A stretch of 64,000 nt of DNA from Neisseriaceae bacterium. Its GTDB lineage: Bacteria > Pseudomonadota > Gammaproteobacteria > Burkholderiales > Neisseriaceae. This document shows positions 49,701 to 60,200 of this stretch, in pieces. The stretch is from contig JBBPJF010000003.1 of NCBI GenBank assembly GCA_043842855.1, forward strand, positions 118,906 to 182,905, given 5' to 3'. Under the pieces are notes generated by a model, which was not told the origin of the DNA, did no database searches, and worked only from the letters and a program-made list of their open reading frames with translations. Made by a program: the position numbers and the translations under genes. Positions within the stretch are counted from its first letter, which is position 1. Every line of letters begins with the position of its first letter.

Positions 49701-50654
49701 TCTAGCGTAGAGAGGTAAAATTTCTGCGTTGCGTGCCCAAGTTTGTTTTATTAAAAGATCTCGTGTTTCCCAAATTTCCCGCTCGCCTGGAAAAAAAACC
49801 AGAATGTCTCCCGATCTTTCTGGGGTCCATAACGCTTGAATTGCTTCTAACACCGCTTGGCCAAGCGATATATCTATTTCATCTTCATCTTTTGCTTCTA
49901 AGGGACGATATATTAGATTTATCGGGTATGTCCTACCTGAAACATTAATGATTGGGGCATCATTAAAGTGACGGCTAAAGATTTCTACATTAAGGGTAGC
50001 TGAAGTAATAATTAGCTTTAGATCACTTCTAGTAAGAATAAGTTTCTTCAGATAACCCAGTAAAAAATCAATATTCAGACTTCTTTCATGGGCTTCATCT
50101 ATGATGAGTGTATCGTAAGCGCGCAAGTATCGATCATTCTGAAGCTCAGCCAACAACATGCCATCTGTAAGCACTTTTATGTATGTATCTGAATTAGTCT
50201 TGTCTTGAAATCTAACTTTATAGCCAACTTGCTTCCCTAATTCACAATCTAGCTCAGTAGATAACCTATTAGCTACCGCTTTAGCTGCAATTCTTCTAGG
50301 TTGTGTGTGACCTATTAAGCCTGCAACTCCACGATCAAGCTCTAGACAAATTTTAGGTAGCTGTGTTGTTTTGCCTGAACCTGTCTCTCCACAAATAATA
50401 ACTACCTGATTAGCCTCAATAGTATTCCGGATAAGCTCATGTTTCTCCAAAACAGGAAGGTCATTACTAAACGTCGGTATAGGTCTATTCTTTAGGCGAC
50501 GAAGATAAGCTCGATGAGAAGACTCATAGACTTGCTTAATCTTCTCTGACTGACCACAGTAGCGGGAATCTTTCTGCATACTTCCAAGGAGAAATAAGTC
50601 CTTGGCTAGTACCTGGTTGAAATTCATATATGGCTGACTACTTTCTAAACGCAC
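46749..50654 (-). CDS. hrpA: ATP-dependent RNA helicase HrpA (DEAH box)
   Basis: 1301 aa. GETGSGKTTQLP, DEAHERS, SATL, and QRAGRCGR motifs, plus HA2/OB and the long HrpA C-terminal domain. Confidence 0.93.
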   Translation of the reverse strand: MRLESSQPYMNFNQVLAKDLFLLGSMQKDSRYCGQSEKIKQVYESSHRAYLRRLKNRPIPTFSNDLPVLEKHELIRNTIEANQVVIICGETGSGKTTQLPKICLELDRGVAGLIGHTQPRRIAAKAVANRLSTELDCELGKQVGYKVRFQDKTNSDTYIKVLTDGMLLAELQNDRYLRAYDTLIIDEAHERSLNIDFLLGYLKKLILTRSDLKLIITSATLNVEIFSRHFNDAPIINVSGRTYPINLIYRPLEAKDEDEIDISLGQAVLEAIQALWTPERSGDILVFFPGEREIWETRDLLIKQTWARNAEILPLYARLPSAEQQKIFKPGSVPRVILSTNVAETSLTVPGIKYVVDTGLARIKRYSTRTKVEQLKIEKISQAAAQQRAGRCGRISEGTCIRLFSEQDYLSRAKFTDAEILRSNLAHVILTLLSLPLGSIESFSFLEKPAQRLVNNGLQDLYELGAIDKYKALTNLGKRMAQLPVDPRFARIILASDSYNCVSEILVIISALSIEDPREYPFESKEAAKAAHAKFADPRSDFIGSLQLWNAFQHKINEKTSNRELLAWAKQHFLSYHRMREWKEVFTQLKEIVERWGLSVSRNNLLEITDMSISQHRYNAIHKALLTGLATKVGLKSPADDVYMGTRGSRFQIFPSSSLSKKKPKWVVAAELVSTSRVYARNLASIEPTWIEKETPHLVKYHHTNPRWSKKRGETVVDEKVIMCGLTIVTGRMVSCSKVNKELAREIFIREGLIAGQIDLSASFYLNNKIVVEKVEEVEHKARKRSIFLEEVLFTFYDQKLPTEVINLLTLRTWLSENSQVRNEMLSLHFEEIISQTKQHQVEAQFPSSIRLGINELTLLYRFEPGHPMDGVTLQLPLQLLNQVNAKQLEWLVPGMIREKLQYLIKALPKAIRKYCVPIPQFLTEFLASKLDFAAPIHLQLAKAIGRKIGDINQLEAIKSVWCDYTLPMYCYMNIQVLDEHGVELGMGRDIYQLRRELAEKVSRAFCSEEFTADLVDRENYWEQWTQGGLPIEVNFSRARERVVGYPALHEDNGKVGIRLFETALAAEQAHRKGLLKLIQTFLKRQLKGILEDLANLDQIVLLLGGLYSTSLLRQEILEAVIQKIFLTVNLPRSEVELKKQLKLDKIKLSSAILEIKQYLLQVVVEFHGLKAQLNSHPLQKTVLQQLNRLIYQGFILETPWEIWPRLPLYLKAIRIRLQQYFRNPTRDEEGEKRLEILETRLFKRMELARLEGAVLTQAWTAYRWQLEELRLAQFAQAIRPAQKVSFKQLDKQWLELSKIH

Positions 50655-50978
50655 CCTATTTTAATCTAAACTTAAATACCTTCCAATAACTTATCTATAT
50701 GAATTTTAGATATTTTTATCTATTAGTACCAACTTTGTAACTAAACCTATGGTTCTACTTCAGAAAAAATTAACTGATAGCAAAAAAGCTTTAGCTATAA
50801 CCACTTAATAAAAAAGACCACTGTAAGGATATTTTTCCTAGAGAAACAATCTATGTTTTCAATAGAATTAGACTGCTGTAATTGGCTCAATCCATTTGTC
50901 ATTAAACTATAACCTTATCCTAAATAAACTGGATAAAACTAATGGGATGGGTTATAAAGCGTTAGGGAATAGAATTGT

Positions 50979-51008
50979 TTGACAAATCGGAAAGCTTCTT
51001 CCTATAAT
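50979..51008 (+). promoter_or_regulatory. Near-consensus sigma70 promoter for the small lipoprotein gene
   Basis: TTGACA (50979-50984), an 18-nt spacer, then TATAAT (51003-51008), 50 nt upstream of the ATG at 51059. Confidence 0.65.
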
Positions 51009-51058
51009 GAGCGTTCTGGTAAAGATGTACTTTATATGTCCAATTAATGGAGACAAAC

Positions 51059-51286
51059 ATGCAAAAGAAATTTTTGGCATTGGCCTTAATGGGATTCTTA
51101 TTCGCTGCTTGCGATTCGCAATCCGAACAAAACGCTAATGGCACCTCGGCCACTACGCCTGATTCCACTCAAGCTGAAGCTCCTGCTTCAACAGATTCAA
51201 CAACGCCCACTGCAACTACAACGCCTCCTGCAGATAGTACTGAAACTCCAGCAGTTGATGCTACTAAGTCTCCCACTGGCAAATAG
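51059..51286 (+). CDS. Small Thr/Pro/Ala/Ser-rich lipoprotein
   Basis: 75 aa. Signal peptide with lipobox LFAAC, and a low-complexity mature part (TPDSTQAEAPASTDSTTPTATTTPPADSTETPAV). GGAG lies 6 nt upstream of the ATG at 51059; the ORF track starts at 51047. Confidence 0.62.
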   Translation: MQKKFLALALMGFLFAACDSQSEQNANGTSATTPDSTQAEAPASTDSTTPTATTTPPADSTETPAVDATKSPTGK

Positions 51287-51306
51287 TTAGTTTCATTCTG
51301 GGCTTG

Positions 51307-51345
51307 AATAGGAAAGGGTGCAAAGCACCCTTTCCTATTTTGTGT
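51307..51345 (+). terminator. Rho-independent terminator after the lipoprotein gene
   Basis: Perfect 15-bp stem AATAGGAAAGGGTGC / GCACCCTTTCCTATT with an AAA loop, followed by TTGTGTT. Confidence 0.78.
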
Positions 51346-51409
51346 TCCTTGCCATATCGCTGCTGTAAGCGATGAACTATGGCCTCTTCTGCCTTTTCCT
51401 TGTGTGTGT

Positions 51410-52483
51410 ATGAAACCGTCTTTAATTAATAGACTTAATCACCTAACAGATCGCTTAGAAGAAGTTACTTATTTGTTGGGCAATAGTGAAATAGCCTCTG
51501 ATCTTTCTCGTTATAAAAGTCTCACTAAAGAGCATGCTGAATTAATGCCAATCGTAGCTACTTATCAGCAACTGAAAGATGCACATAATGACTTAAAAAC
51601 AGCTCAACAGATGCTTTCTGAGCCAGAAATGAAGTCTTTTGCAGAAGAAGAAATTACTCTGCTTAACCAACAAATCAGAACGCTGGAGTGCGAATTACAG
51701 CTTCTACTTTTACCCAAAGATGATGATGATGATAAAAATATCATCCTAGAAATCAGAGCGGGTACTGGAGGTGATGAAGCGAGTCTCTTTGCCGGGGACT
51801 TGCTTCGCATGTACTACAAATATGCTGAAACTCAAGGCTGGAAACTTTCTCTCATCTCCGCTAGTGAGTCAGAAGTCGGTGGCTATAAGGAAGTTATCGC
51901 TCAAATAAAGGGAGAAGGCATCTATAAAAAACTAAAATTTGAATCCGGAGGCCACCGCGTACAACGTATTCCTAAAACAGAAAGTCAAGGGCGTATTCAT
52001 ACTTCTTCCTGCACGGTTGCTGTTATGCCGGAAGCCGACGAAGTACAAGAAATCCAGCTTAATCCAGCTGATTTAAAAATTGATACTTTTAGAGCTAGTG
52101 GTGCAGGGGGACAGCACATTAATAAGACAGATTCGGCAGTACGTATTACACATTTACCCACTGGGCTTGTCGTTGAATGTCAAGATGGTCGTTCACAACA
52201 TAGTAATAAAGCTCAAGCCTTGAGAGTATTAGCTACCAGGCTTTATGATCAAAAGAAGAATGAAGCCCATGCTAAAGAGGCTGCCAATCGTAAAAGCCTA
52301 ATTGGAAGTGGAGATCGAGGAGAAAGAGTTAGAACCTATAATTATCCACAAGGCCGTGTCACTGACCATCGTATTAATCTGACCCTTTACAAACTAGAAG
52401 CCATCATGGATGGCGACTTGGAAGAGCTTATTCAACCACTCTTGTTGGAATATCAAGCTGAGCAATTAGCTAATTTTGATTAG
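51410..52483 (+). CDS. prfA: Peptide chain release factor 1
   Basis: [20 protein letters not shown] (GGQ motif), and [16 protein letters not shown], which contains the RF1-type P-x-T tripeptide. Start set at the ATG at 51410. Confidence 0.94.
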   Translation: MKPSLINRLNHLTDRLEEVTYLLGNSEIASDLSRYKSLTKEHAELMPIVATYQQLKDAHNDLKTAQQMLSEPEMKSFAEEEITLLNQQIRTLECELQLLLLPKDDDDDKNIILEIRAGTGGDEASLFAGDLLRMYYKYAETQGWKLSLISASESEVGGYKEVIAQIKGEGIYKKLKFESGGHRVQRIPKTESQGRIHTSSCTVAVMPEADEVQEIQLNPADLKIDTFRASGAGGQHINKTDSAVRITHLPTGLVVECQDGRSQHSNKAQALRVLATRLYDQKKNEAHAKEAANRKSLIGSGDRGERVRTYNYPQGRVTDHRINLTLYKLEAIMDGDLEELIQPLLLEYQAEQLANFD

Positions 52484-52719
52484 TTATACCTAGTTGGCTA
52501 AACAAATCATGTCGAAAAAGTTACCGGCGTTGGGCCCCTGCTCTTTAACCCTACATATCGAATTTTCCAGCTAACTTTAAATTACTTGCAAGAAAAAATA
52601 CCCCCTTGATCGGATCTTTATGGGGTTTATTTAATTTGTACTTCAAAAAACTCGCCACTGACCTCTTTCTTATTCCGAATCTACTATAATGAAAGAGTTA
52701 ACTTTTATCTCATCGCTCT

Positions 52720-55700
52720 ATGGTTCATCTACTTTCCTTGCACCAATCTAACCAGATGGATGTATTGATTGCGTTATTAGAGAAATTTTATCTTTTAAAA
52801 CAAGCTTATTTTAAACCCGAGCCCATCATTGTACATACAGAAGGGATGGAACACTATCTCAGAAAAAATTTGAGTAAACGCCTGGGAGTGGTCGCTAATT
52901 TAGAATTCAAAAAACCTTCGGCTTTTTTCTGGGAGGTCGCTCAAACTATCCTACCTCATCCTATTCCAGAAGCCGATCCGTTTAAAAAAGAAGTTCTACT
53001 TTGGAGGATTTTATCGCTTTTCCAATCTGCTACTTTTGCCAAGGAAGAGCCTACAGTTTACCGAGCAGTAAATAATTACCTCCAACGCCATCAAATAGCG
53101 GCTTACGATCTTGCTTATAAGCTAGCCGATCTTTTTAATCAATATCTTATCTACCGACCAGCTTGGATAGCAAGCTGGTCACAAGGTAAATTTGTCCTTG
53201 AAATGGAAGCTAACGAACAAGCTTGGCAACAAAAATTATGGTGCTATCTACTCAAACAAATTAACGAACGACATCGAGTTCAAATTTGGAGTGAATTACA
53301 ACAAATACTTTGCAAAAAAAAATTACCAAAAAAAATTTCACTACCTAACCAAGTACATTTGTTTGCTATGACCTCTCTGCCTCCCCTTTACCTTGATCTA
53401 ATGCACCTCCTATCCAAGCACATTCCAGTACATCTCTTCATACTTAGTCCATGTCAAGAAAATTGGAGCGATCATATGCTCCCTCATCCTCTTTTGCAAT
53501 CACTTGGCCAGCAAGGAAAAGAATTTTTTAGTTTATTATTTCAATATCCAGCAATTCTTGAACAAAACTTATACTTTTCTCCCTGCTCTGCTGACAAAAG
53601 AACTACTTTACTGCACTGCTTACAAAAAGATATTTTATATTTAAACGATCCCTCCAACCTCTCTAGTCAATTAGAGGATGTGCCAGCCCTATTAGAAGAT
53701 AATTCTATACAAATTCACTCAGCTCATAGCCCAGTCAGGGAATTACAAATTTTAAAAAATCAGCTGTTGTATTATCTTGATAAACACCCTAAAGTATCTC
53801 TAGAGCAAATTGTAGTTTTAAGTCCAAACATTGAGCTTTATCTACCTTATCTAGAAGGAATTTTTGGCGAGAATGCTCATGATCATTTTCCTATCCCTTT
53901 TTCTATAGCTGATGTTAAACTCAAGGAGACTCAGCTATATTCTCGTGCTATTCAGCATATTCTCAGGCTTATAGACAGCCGTTTTGACGTAAAAAGTGTA
54001 CTGGAACTTTTGAGTAACCCTTTAATAAGAAAAAAATTTCTATTTAGTATTTTAGAATTAAATTTAATTACCAAAATCCTCGATTGGAGTAACATTAGTT
54101 GGGGCTTAGATGAGGCCCACCGCCAACGTCATCTGGCTGTCGACCATCAATTCACCTGGGAAAAGGGGCTTGCTCGTCTAAAAAAAATTGTTCAGGAAGA
54201 AAATGATAATGCCCTATTTACTCTTGAGGAATTTTTATTGGCTTTAGGTAATACTCAAGTCACCAGCAAAGATTGTGAAGAACTTAAAATTACACTTGAA
54301 AAATTTTTCATCTTTATCAAAACATTAAGTAACATTTATTCAAGTCAAAATGAGCGTTCTTTTTCTCTGTATCAATGGCTAGTATCACTCAAACAAATCA
54401 GTAATCAATTAATCTCTTTGGATAAACAAACTCAGATTCAGCAAGCACAACTCTTTGAAATGCTTAGTAGAGTCAGCCAAGCTTCTAGATTAGCTCAATA
54501 CACAAAAACCATTAAGTTTCCCTTATTTAAGTACATTATTGAACGTACTCTGGAAGAACATACAAAAACGGGCACACTAAGAGGTGGTATAACTTTTTCT
54601 AACCTTCGATCCATGAGGACAATCCCTTTTCAATTTACCGCACTAATCGGGTTGAATCAGCAAGATTTCCCACAAGCTAAACATCAATTATCCTTTGATC
54701 TTGTGCAAAAATATCCTCAAAATGGTGATCTTTCTCACCGAAAAGACGAGCGATACCAGTTTTTAGAAGCAATAATTAGTACTCAAGAATGTTTGTATCT
54801 GTCCTTCGTGGGGCGAAGTCTACAAAATAGACTTTTAAATCCCTCTCCTGTGATTGATGAACTTATTGATTTGGTGAGTCAAATGACTCACATCCCCAAT
54901 GAAAAACTTCAGAAAAAATGGATACAACAACACCCTCTACAAAATTTTTCTAGAAAATATTTTGAAGCAAATAACGGGTGTCCACACTACACATATGAAT
55001 ACCGCGCAGCTCACGCCTCTAAAGCCTGTACTCAAAGCTCCTCTTTTCTATTGGAATACCCTGTTAACTCACCCTCACATTTAATAATGTCACTACAAGA
55101 CTGGCTAAAATTTTGGAAAAGTCCCCTGCAATTCTGGGCTAAACACGAATTGCAAATACAAGCTCCTCATTTAAGTCAGCCACCTGATTTTTCCGAACCT
55201 TTTTCTTTAAAAAAAAATATTTCTATATATGAAAACAGCAGCAGGGCCCTTAACACCAAAGGTCAATGGCTACTTCAAAATATTTTTAAAGCCTTGTCAC
55301 AACAGAAAGAACTCAAACGCATCCAGATGGAACTGCAACATTGGGATTCTTTTCCTTCAGGCAAACTTGGGGAAGTTTGGAAAACAACGATAGTACAGTC
55401 TTTTGAAAGATTGCTTGATACCCCCCTCCCACACCTACAAATCAAAATAAAGGATTACCTAGCTTCTCCTCCAAATTTACTCAATTTTGAAATCATACTA
55501 TCAGGGCTTACTTTACAAGCAACCATCGATTCTATCTTTAATGATACTCTTATCCTTTTTGATAAAAGCAATCGTCTACATGACAGCACCATCCTGCAGG
55601 CTTTTTTAAAACATTTAGTCTATACATCTCACTATAGTGAAGCCAATACTTATCTTCTCAGTCTAGACTCTTTCATCCATTTCAAAAAACTCACCTCAAA

Positions 55701-56073
55701 GCAGGCAAATAAAGTACTTAGCTTATGGGCTAGTTTCACTCAAAAGGGTCTAACTCAGCCCTTGCCACTAATTTACCCAACTTCTTTTAAATTAGCTGCT
55801 GCCCTTTATAAACAACTAGGTCCTCAATGGCTATGGGAAGAATGGTTCGAGCAGGATGCCCCTAGCAATTTGCTATTAACAGAGGTGCTTAAGTTTCGTG
55901 CTTCTCCCCAAGTTAATAAAATATTACAAGAGAATCTACCTGTACAAGAACACCTTCACGAGCTAATCTTTGGTGAAGCCAAAGCTATTACCGACTATCC
56001 TCTTTTCTGGGAAATCATCCAAGAACTATTACTTCCTTTTTTAGCTATCACGCAGAAGGCCCATAACCTTTAA
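52720..56073 (+). CDS. recC: Exodeoxyribonuclease V gamma subunit
   Basis: 1117 aa. The N-terminus is colinear with E. coli RecC (HQSNQMDVL, ADLFNQYLIYRPAWI, LPPLYLDLMHLL, ILSPCQENW). Confidence 0.88.
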   Translation: MVHLLSLHQSNQMDVLIALLEKFYLLKQAYFKPEPIIVHTEGMEHYLRKNLSKRLGVVANLEFKKPSAFFWEVAQTILPHPIPEADPFKKEVLLWRILSLFQSATFAKEEPTVYRAVNNYLQRHQIAAYDLAYKLADLFNQYLIYRPAWIASWSQGKFVLEMEANEQAWQQKLWCYLLKQINERHRVQIWSELQQILCKKKLPKKISLPNQVHLFAMTSLPPLYLDLMHLLSKHIPVHLFILSPCQENWSDHMLPHPLLQSLGQQGKEFFSLLFQYPAILEQNLYFSPCSADKRTTLLHCLQKDILYLNDPSNLSSQLEDVPALLEDNSIQIHSAHSPVRELQILKNQLLYYLDKHPKVSLEQIVVLSPNIELYLPYLEGIFGENAHDHFPIPFSIADVKLKETQLYSRAIQHILRLIDSRFDVKSVLELLSNPLIRKKFLFSILELNLITKILDWSNISWGLDEAHRQRHLAVDHQFTWEKGLARLKKIVQEENDNALFTLEEFLLALGNTQVTSKDCEELKITLEKFFIFIKTLSNIYSSQNERSFSLYQWLVSLKQISNQLISLDKQTQIQQAQLFEMLSRVSQASRLAQYTKTIKFPLFKYIIERTLEEHTKTGTLRGGITFSNLRSMRTIPFQFTALIGLNQQDFPQAKHQLSFDLVQKYPQNGDLSHRKDERYQFLEAIISTQECLYLSFVGRSLQNRLLNPSPVIDELIDLVSQMTHIPNEKLQKKWIQQHPLQNFSRKYFEANNGCPHYTYEYRAAHASKACTQSSSFLLEYPVNSPSHLIMSLQDWLKFWKSPLQFWAKHELQIQAPHLSQPPDFSEPFSLKKNISIYENSSRALNTKGQWLLQNIFKALSQQKELKRIQMELQHWDSFPSGKLGEVWKTTIVQSFERLLDTPLPHLQIKIKDYLASPPNLLNFEIILSGLTLQATIDSIFNDTLILFDKSNRLHDSTILQAFLKHLVYTSHYSEANTYLLSLDSFIHFKKLTSKQANKVLSLWASFTQKGLTQPLPLIYPTSFKLAAALYKQLGPQWLWEEWFEQDAPSNLLLTEVLKFRASPQVNKILQENLPVQEHLHELIFGEAKAITDYPLFWEIIQELLLPFLAITQKAHNL

Positions 56074-56090
56074 AATATGAGCTTTAAAAT

Positions 56091-59000
56091 ATGAGTGACA
56101 ATCCTATTTCGTTTGACCCATTTCTCATCAATCTCACTGGAGTGAACTTTATCGAAGCTTCAGCGGGAACTGGTAAGACATATGGTATTGCTTCTATCTA
56201 TGCTCGCTTGATTACTTTGGAACAATTAGCCATCGACCAAATATTGGTTGTTACCTTTACTGAAGCTGCTACTGAAGAATTAAAAAGTCGCTTAAGAGAA
56301 AGACTAGCGCTCATTAAAAATTTTTTACAACATCCTGAACAAGAAATAAATGAATCTTTTTTGTGCATCTTACTACAACAAATATGCCAGAAAGCTTTAT
56401 GCATTTCCACCATCCAAAAACATCTTGAAACTCAGCTCAATCATTTTGATAAAGTAGCTGTCTATACAATTCATAGTTTCTGTCTCAAACTACTCAGAGA
56501 GGAAGCTTTTCTCAGTGGGACTCCCTTCCAAATCAATCTGGTACCGCACCACCACGCACAAATTAAACTTTACATCGAAGACTTCTTCCGAACTTATATT
56601 ACCCCCGATCCTCTATATAGTCTGTTATTCTTCGTTGAAGGCCTTACCCCAGTAGTTTTACATAGACGTATACAACCAGAACTACAAAAACCTTACCCTA
56701 ATAGAATCCTCATCGAAGATAGTGTAGCGCAAAACTTACTGACAGGATTGTCACAATTAAATTTCCAGTTAGAAAAGATTTTACATTCTATTACTTCCAG
56801 CTCAACAGAAGATTTCTTAGCCCTTTGTTCGCTTGGACAAAATGGCCCTCTTAAACAGAACCAATTCCACTTTTCTACTTATCAAAGTCTATTTCAACTG
56901 GTCAAATCAGCACCCACACTTCAGGTTTTTCACCTACTAAGTAAGGATGAAAAACTTCTGCGTGCCTGTAAGCGCTTAACTTTTCAAGAAGAATGTTTAA
57001 AAAAAGCTTATCTACGAAATACTGCTCTAGTTGATAAAGTTAAAGAACAATTCAATAAGCTCAGACCATTCCTAGAACTTGCTCAGTGCATTACAACCTC
57101 ACTGCCCCTATATAAAGAAGTTTTGGCATATTGGCATGTAAAATTGATCCATTACTTACATCAGTCCATGGAACAATATAAAGCAAAATCACTTAATCGT
57201 AGTTTTAATGATTTACTCATAGATAGTCTTGCTAGCCTAAAAGAAAACTCTCCTTATTATCAATCTCTTATCCAGCGTCTTAATCAAAAATATCAATATG
57301 TATTGATAGATGAATTTCAGGATACAGATCCTATTCAATACCTTATTTTTCAGCGTTTATTCATTCTACAAGGTACGCCAACCTTTTTGGTAGGGGATCC
57401 TAAACAGTCTATTTACCAATTTCGTGGTGCAGACATTGCTACCTATCTAAGAGCTAAGGCTGACGCTCAATTCTTCTACACTATGGATACCAACTATCGT
57501 AGTACTGCTGGATTAGTTAAGTTGGTTAATGTCCTATTCTCTGAGCGAGAGGAACCTTTTCAAGTACCCTATTTGCCTTACTACCCTATTACCGCTTATC
57601 GTCAAGCGCCTAAGCTTGAAGATAGTACTCACTATTGGGCTGATCTCACCCTGTTTAAATTGAGTCAAAAAAACCATAGCCGCTCTCAGCAAACTCAATG
57701 GCTTTGCGAAGTAACAGCGCAAATTGTAGTGGATCTGCTTAGTAAAGCTCAACAGGGAAAGATCCAATACGAAAAACGTCCCCTAGAAGCTAAAGATATT
57801 GCTCTCTTAGTTAATAATCATGAACAGGCTCGGTTACTTTCTCAAGAGCTAAATTCTCAAAATGTGCGTTGCATAAAAATAGAAAAACAGTCTATTTATC
57901 AATCTAAGGAAGCTATTGTCCTGCTTTTTTTCTTTAAAGTTTGTCAAAAGCTTTTTTACCAAAACCAAACCAATTCAGCTTTTGAGCCACCTAAAAATTA
58001 TCTCTATTATCTGCTGACTACTTTCCTGTGGGGTTTAAAAGCCAGGGAAATTAAACTAATCCAACGTTCTGATTCGTTACAACAGGAATTATTAGAAACC
58101 CTACTTATTTTTTTTCAACAATGGCAGGCGAAGGGTTTATATGCTGCCTTCCAGAGATTTTCTCGGCATTTAAAACTTGAACAAAGATTAATAGAGGAGA
58201 AAAAAGAACGAACCCTAACTAATCTTAACCAATTATTAGAATTGTTAGCACGACAAGATCAAATTAGTACTTCACCGCTAGAACTTATTCAATGGCTAGA
58301 AGCACAAATCCAAGCCAAGGATAACTTTTCTGTATCCTCGGAGGAAAATAATTTAAGGCTAGAAAATGATGAACATTTAGTCAAAATTATTACTATCCAT
58401 GCTGCTAAGGGTTTACAGTTTCCGATTGTTATTTGCCCTTTTATTAGCTACGTTTGCTCGAAAGCTACAGCGGGAAGAGATACCTGCATAACAGAGACAG
58501 TCATCTCTTCGGTTTCTGAGTCGTTTGATTTAGATGGTATGAAGGAACAAATGCGACTATTGTATGTAGCGCTAACCAGGGCAGAAGAAAAGTTAATTTT
58601 GCTAGTAGAAGATCAAGCTTATAGTTTTCCTTCCGATAAACCTACTTCCTCTCTAACTTATCTAATAGCGAGAGAAACTATAAACACTATAGATGAGTCT
58701 GTATCTACTTGGGAAGCTTGGAAAGGATGGTTACACAGGCACCCAGAGTTAAATACATTAGTCAAACTTTATGAAACCCCTCCAGCTTTAGTCCATTTTA
58801 GTGCTAAAAACAACCAGGAAATTTTAGCGCCTTCACTTCCTACACCTTGTTACCAAAGACCTATAATACACCACACTAGTTATTCAGCTATTAGTACTCA
58901 GCTTCATCAACAGACTTTAGTTTCAAATAAAATAGGCTTGGATAGCGCGGCTAAAATAGAAGAGTTAGAAAATCCTGCTCTAACCATATTCACTTTTCCT

Positions 59001-59723
59001 CGAGGTCCATTAACAGGTAATTTCTGGCATGAATTACTAGAAAAAATTAATTTCAAAAAAAGTATTAGTCAACAAAATAAATTAATCCAGCAAAAGCTGC
59101 ATGAATATATGATTGGCCCACAGTACTCTCCCACTCTCTTAGTGCAAATAACACATCAGGTACTAGAAAATACCTTAAATACCCTCATTACTCCGACTAA
59201 AACCATCCGTAATTTTCTACCAGAAAATTCTAAACGGGAATTACCTTTTACTTTATATCTTACTTCTGAATTATCTCTGCCTATTTTAAATGATTGGTGG
59301 CAACGCCATGAATGGCCCTATCTATCGATTCCTCTCATTGAAACAAAGCCTTCAAAAACTATTGCTGAAACCTATCTGAGTGGGTTTATTGACTGGATAG
59401 GATTGCAAAATAATGAGCTTTACCTCATAGATTACAAAACTAACTTTCTTGGTAATACAACAGCGGATTATGCCAAGAACCACTTATTAAGTGAAATCCA
59501 ACATCATTACTATCAATTACAAGCTCTGATTTATGCACTAGCTATGAAACGATATTTTCAAACTTTGAAGTATCCAATTAAAGCTTTCCATATCCGATAC
59601 TTATTTTTAAGAGGGCTACAGCCTGGAACAAATAAAGGTATATGGGAGTGGGATATACCTTATACAGCCTTAGAGGACTTAGAATGTAGTCTTGCTAGAG
59701 ATCTCTCCACCCATACGGGATAG
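56091..59723 (+). CDS. recB: Exodeoxyribonuclease V beta subunit (SF1 helicase + PD-(D/E)XK nuclease)
   Basis: 1210 aa. Walker A ASAGTGKTY, motif II IDEFQDTD, motif III GDPKQSIYQFRGAD, plus NYRS, TIHAAKGLQFPIV, and YVALTRAEEKL. C-terminal nuclease motifs GFIDW...YLIDYKTN and YYQLQALIY. Confidence 0.9.
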   Translation: MSDNPISFDPFLINLTGVNFIEASAGTGKTYGIASIYARLITLEQLAIDQILVVTFTEAATEELKSRLRERLALIKNFLQHPEQEINESFLCILLQQICQKALCISTIQKHLETQLNHFDKVAVYTIHSFCLKLLREEAFLSGTPFQINLVPHHHAQIKLYIEDFFRTYITPDPLYSLLFFVEGLTPVVLHRRIQPELQKPYPNRILIEDSVAQNLLTGLSQLNFQLEKILHSITSSSTEDFLALCSLGQNGPLKQNQFHFSTYQSLFQLVKSAPTLQVFHLLSKDEKLLRACKRLTFQEECLKKAYLRNTALVDKVKEQFNKLRPFLELAQCITTSLPLYKEVLAYWHVKLIHYLHQSMEQYKAKSLNRSFNDLLIDSLASLKENSPYYQSLIQRLNQKYQYVLIDEFQDTDPIQYLIFQRLFILQGTPTFLVGDPKQSIYQFRGADIATYLRAKADAQFFYTMDTNYRSTAGLVKLVNVLFSEREEPFQVPYLPYYPITAYRQAPKLEDSTHYWADLTLFKLSQKNHSRSQQTQWLCEVTAQIVVDLLSKAQQGKIQYEKRPLEAKDIALLVNNHEQARLLSQELNSQNVRCIKIEKQSIYQSKEAIVLLFFFKVCQKLFYQNQTNSAFEPPKNYLYYLLTTFLWGLKAREIKLIQRSDSLQQELLETLLIFFQQWQAKGLYAAFQRFSRHLKLEQRLIEEKKERTLTNLNQLLELLARQDQISTSPLELIQWLEAQIQAKDNFSVSSEENNLRLENDEHLVKIITIHAAKGLQFPIVICPFISYVCSKATAGRDTCITETVISSVSESFDLDGMKEQMRLLYVALTRAEEKLILLVEDQAYSFPSDKPTSSLTYLIARETINTIDESVSTWEAWKGWLHRHPELNTLVKLYETPPALVHFSAKNNQEILAPSLPTPCYQRPIIHHTSYSAISTQLHQQTLVSNKIGLDSAAKIEELENPALTIFTFPRGPLTGNFWHELLEKINFKKSISQQNKLIQQKLHEYMIGPQYSPTLLVQITHQVLENTLNTLITPTKTIRNFLPENSKRELPFTLYLTSELSLPILNDWWQRHEWPYLSIPLIETKPSKTIAETYLSGFIDWIGLQNNELYLIDYKTNFLGNTTADYAKNHLLSEIQHHYYQLQALIYALAMKRYFQTLKYPIKAFHIRYLFLRGLQPGTNKGIWEWDIPYTALEDLECSLARDLSTHTG

Positions 59724-59778
59724 GTTAAAGTATGCTATGATGCGTTGCGGGTCCTCTGCCTACTAAGCGGGAGTATTT

Positions 59779-60186
59779 ATGACAAAGAAGCCTGAAGAAA
59801 TTATCTTAGCTGCTCTAGGTATTGTTTGGATGTTTGCTTCCTATTTTCTAGCTAGATACTTAGGTATGGATATAGGTACATCCATTCAACTGCTTTTATA
59901 CAATGCCGTGTGGGTGATTTTTTTCTATTCTGTGTGGAAAAATGCTTTTCTCTATCTCACTTGGCCAGTTTTCCTGGGTGCATTCATTGCCGCATGGACA
60001 CCACTTCTAGATGGTTACGCACAATTGCATAAGCCTGGCAGCGTTACTACTCAGAGCTTAAGCTGGGCTTGCGCACCCCTACCCTGGTATGCAACTTGGT
60101 ACTTTAAATTTATTTTGGTAATGTCTGTCGTTTTTATCGGTTACCTTATTTTACTAATAAAAAATAGAAAAATTGACTTTTTTTAG
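59779..60186 (+). CDS. Hypothetical 4-TM membrane protein
   Basis: 135 aa with four hydrophobic helices. GGGAG lies 7 nt upstream of the ATG. Ends 14 nt before the recA start. No recognisable family. Confidence 0.5.
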   Translation: MTKKPEEIILAALGIVWMFASYFLARYLGMDIGTSIQLLLYNAVWVIFFYSVWKNAFLYLTWPVFLGAFIAAWTPLLDGYAQLHKPGSVTTQSLSWACAPLPWYATWYFKFILVMSVVFIGYLILLIKNRKIDFF

Positions 60187-60200
60187 AAAGACTTATAGGT

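Noticed and set aside
59724-60200. LexA/SOS box in front of recA or the preceding membrane-protein gene.
   Set aside because: No CTGT-N8-ACAG or similar palindrome is present. The absence is noted under the recCB-recA finding rather than called as a feature.
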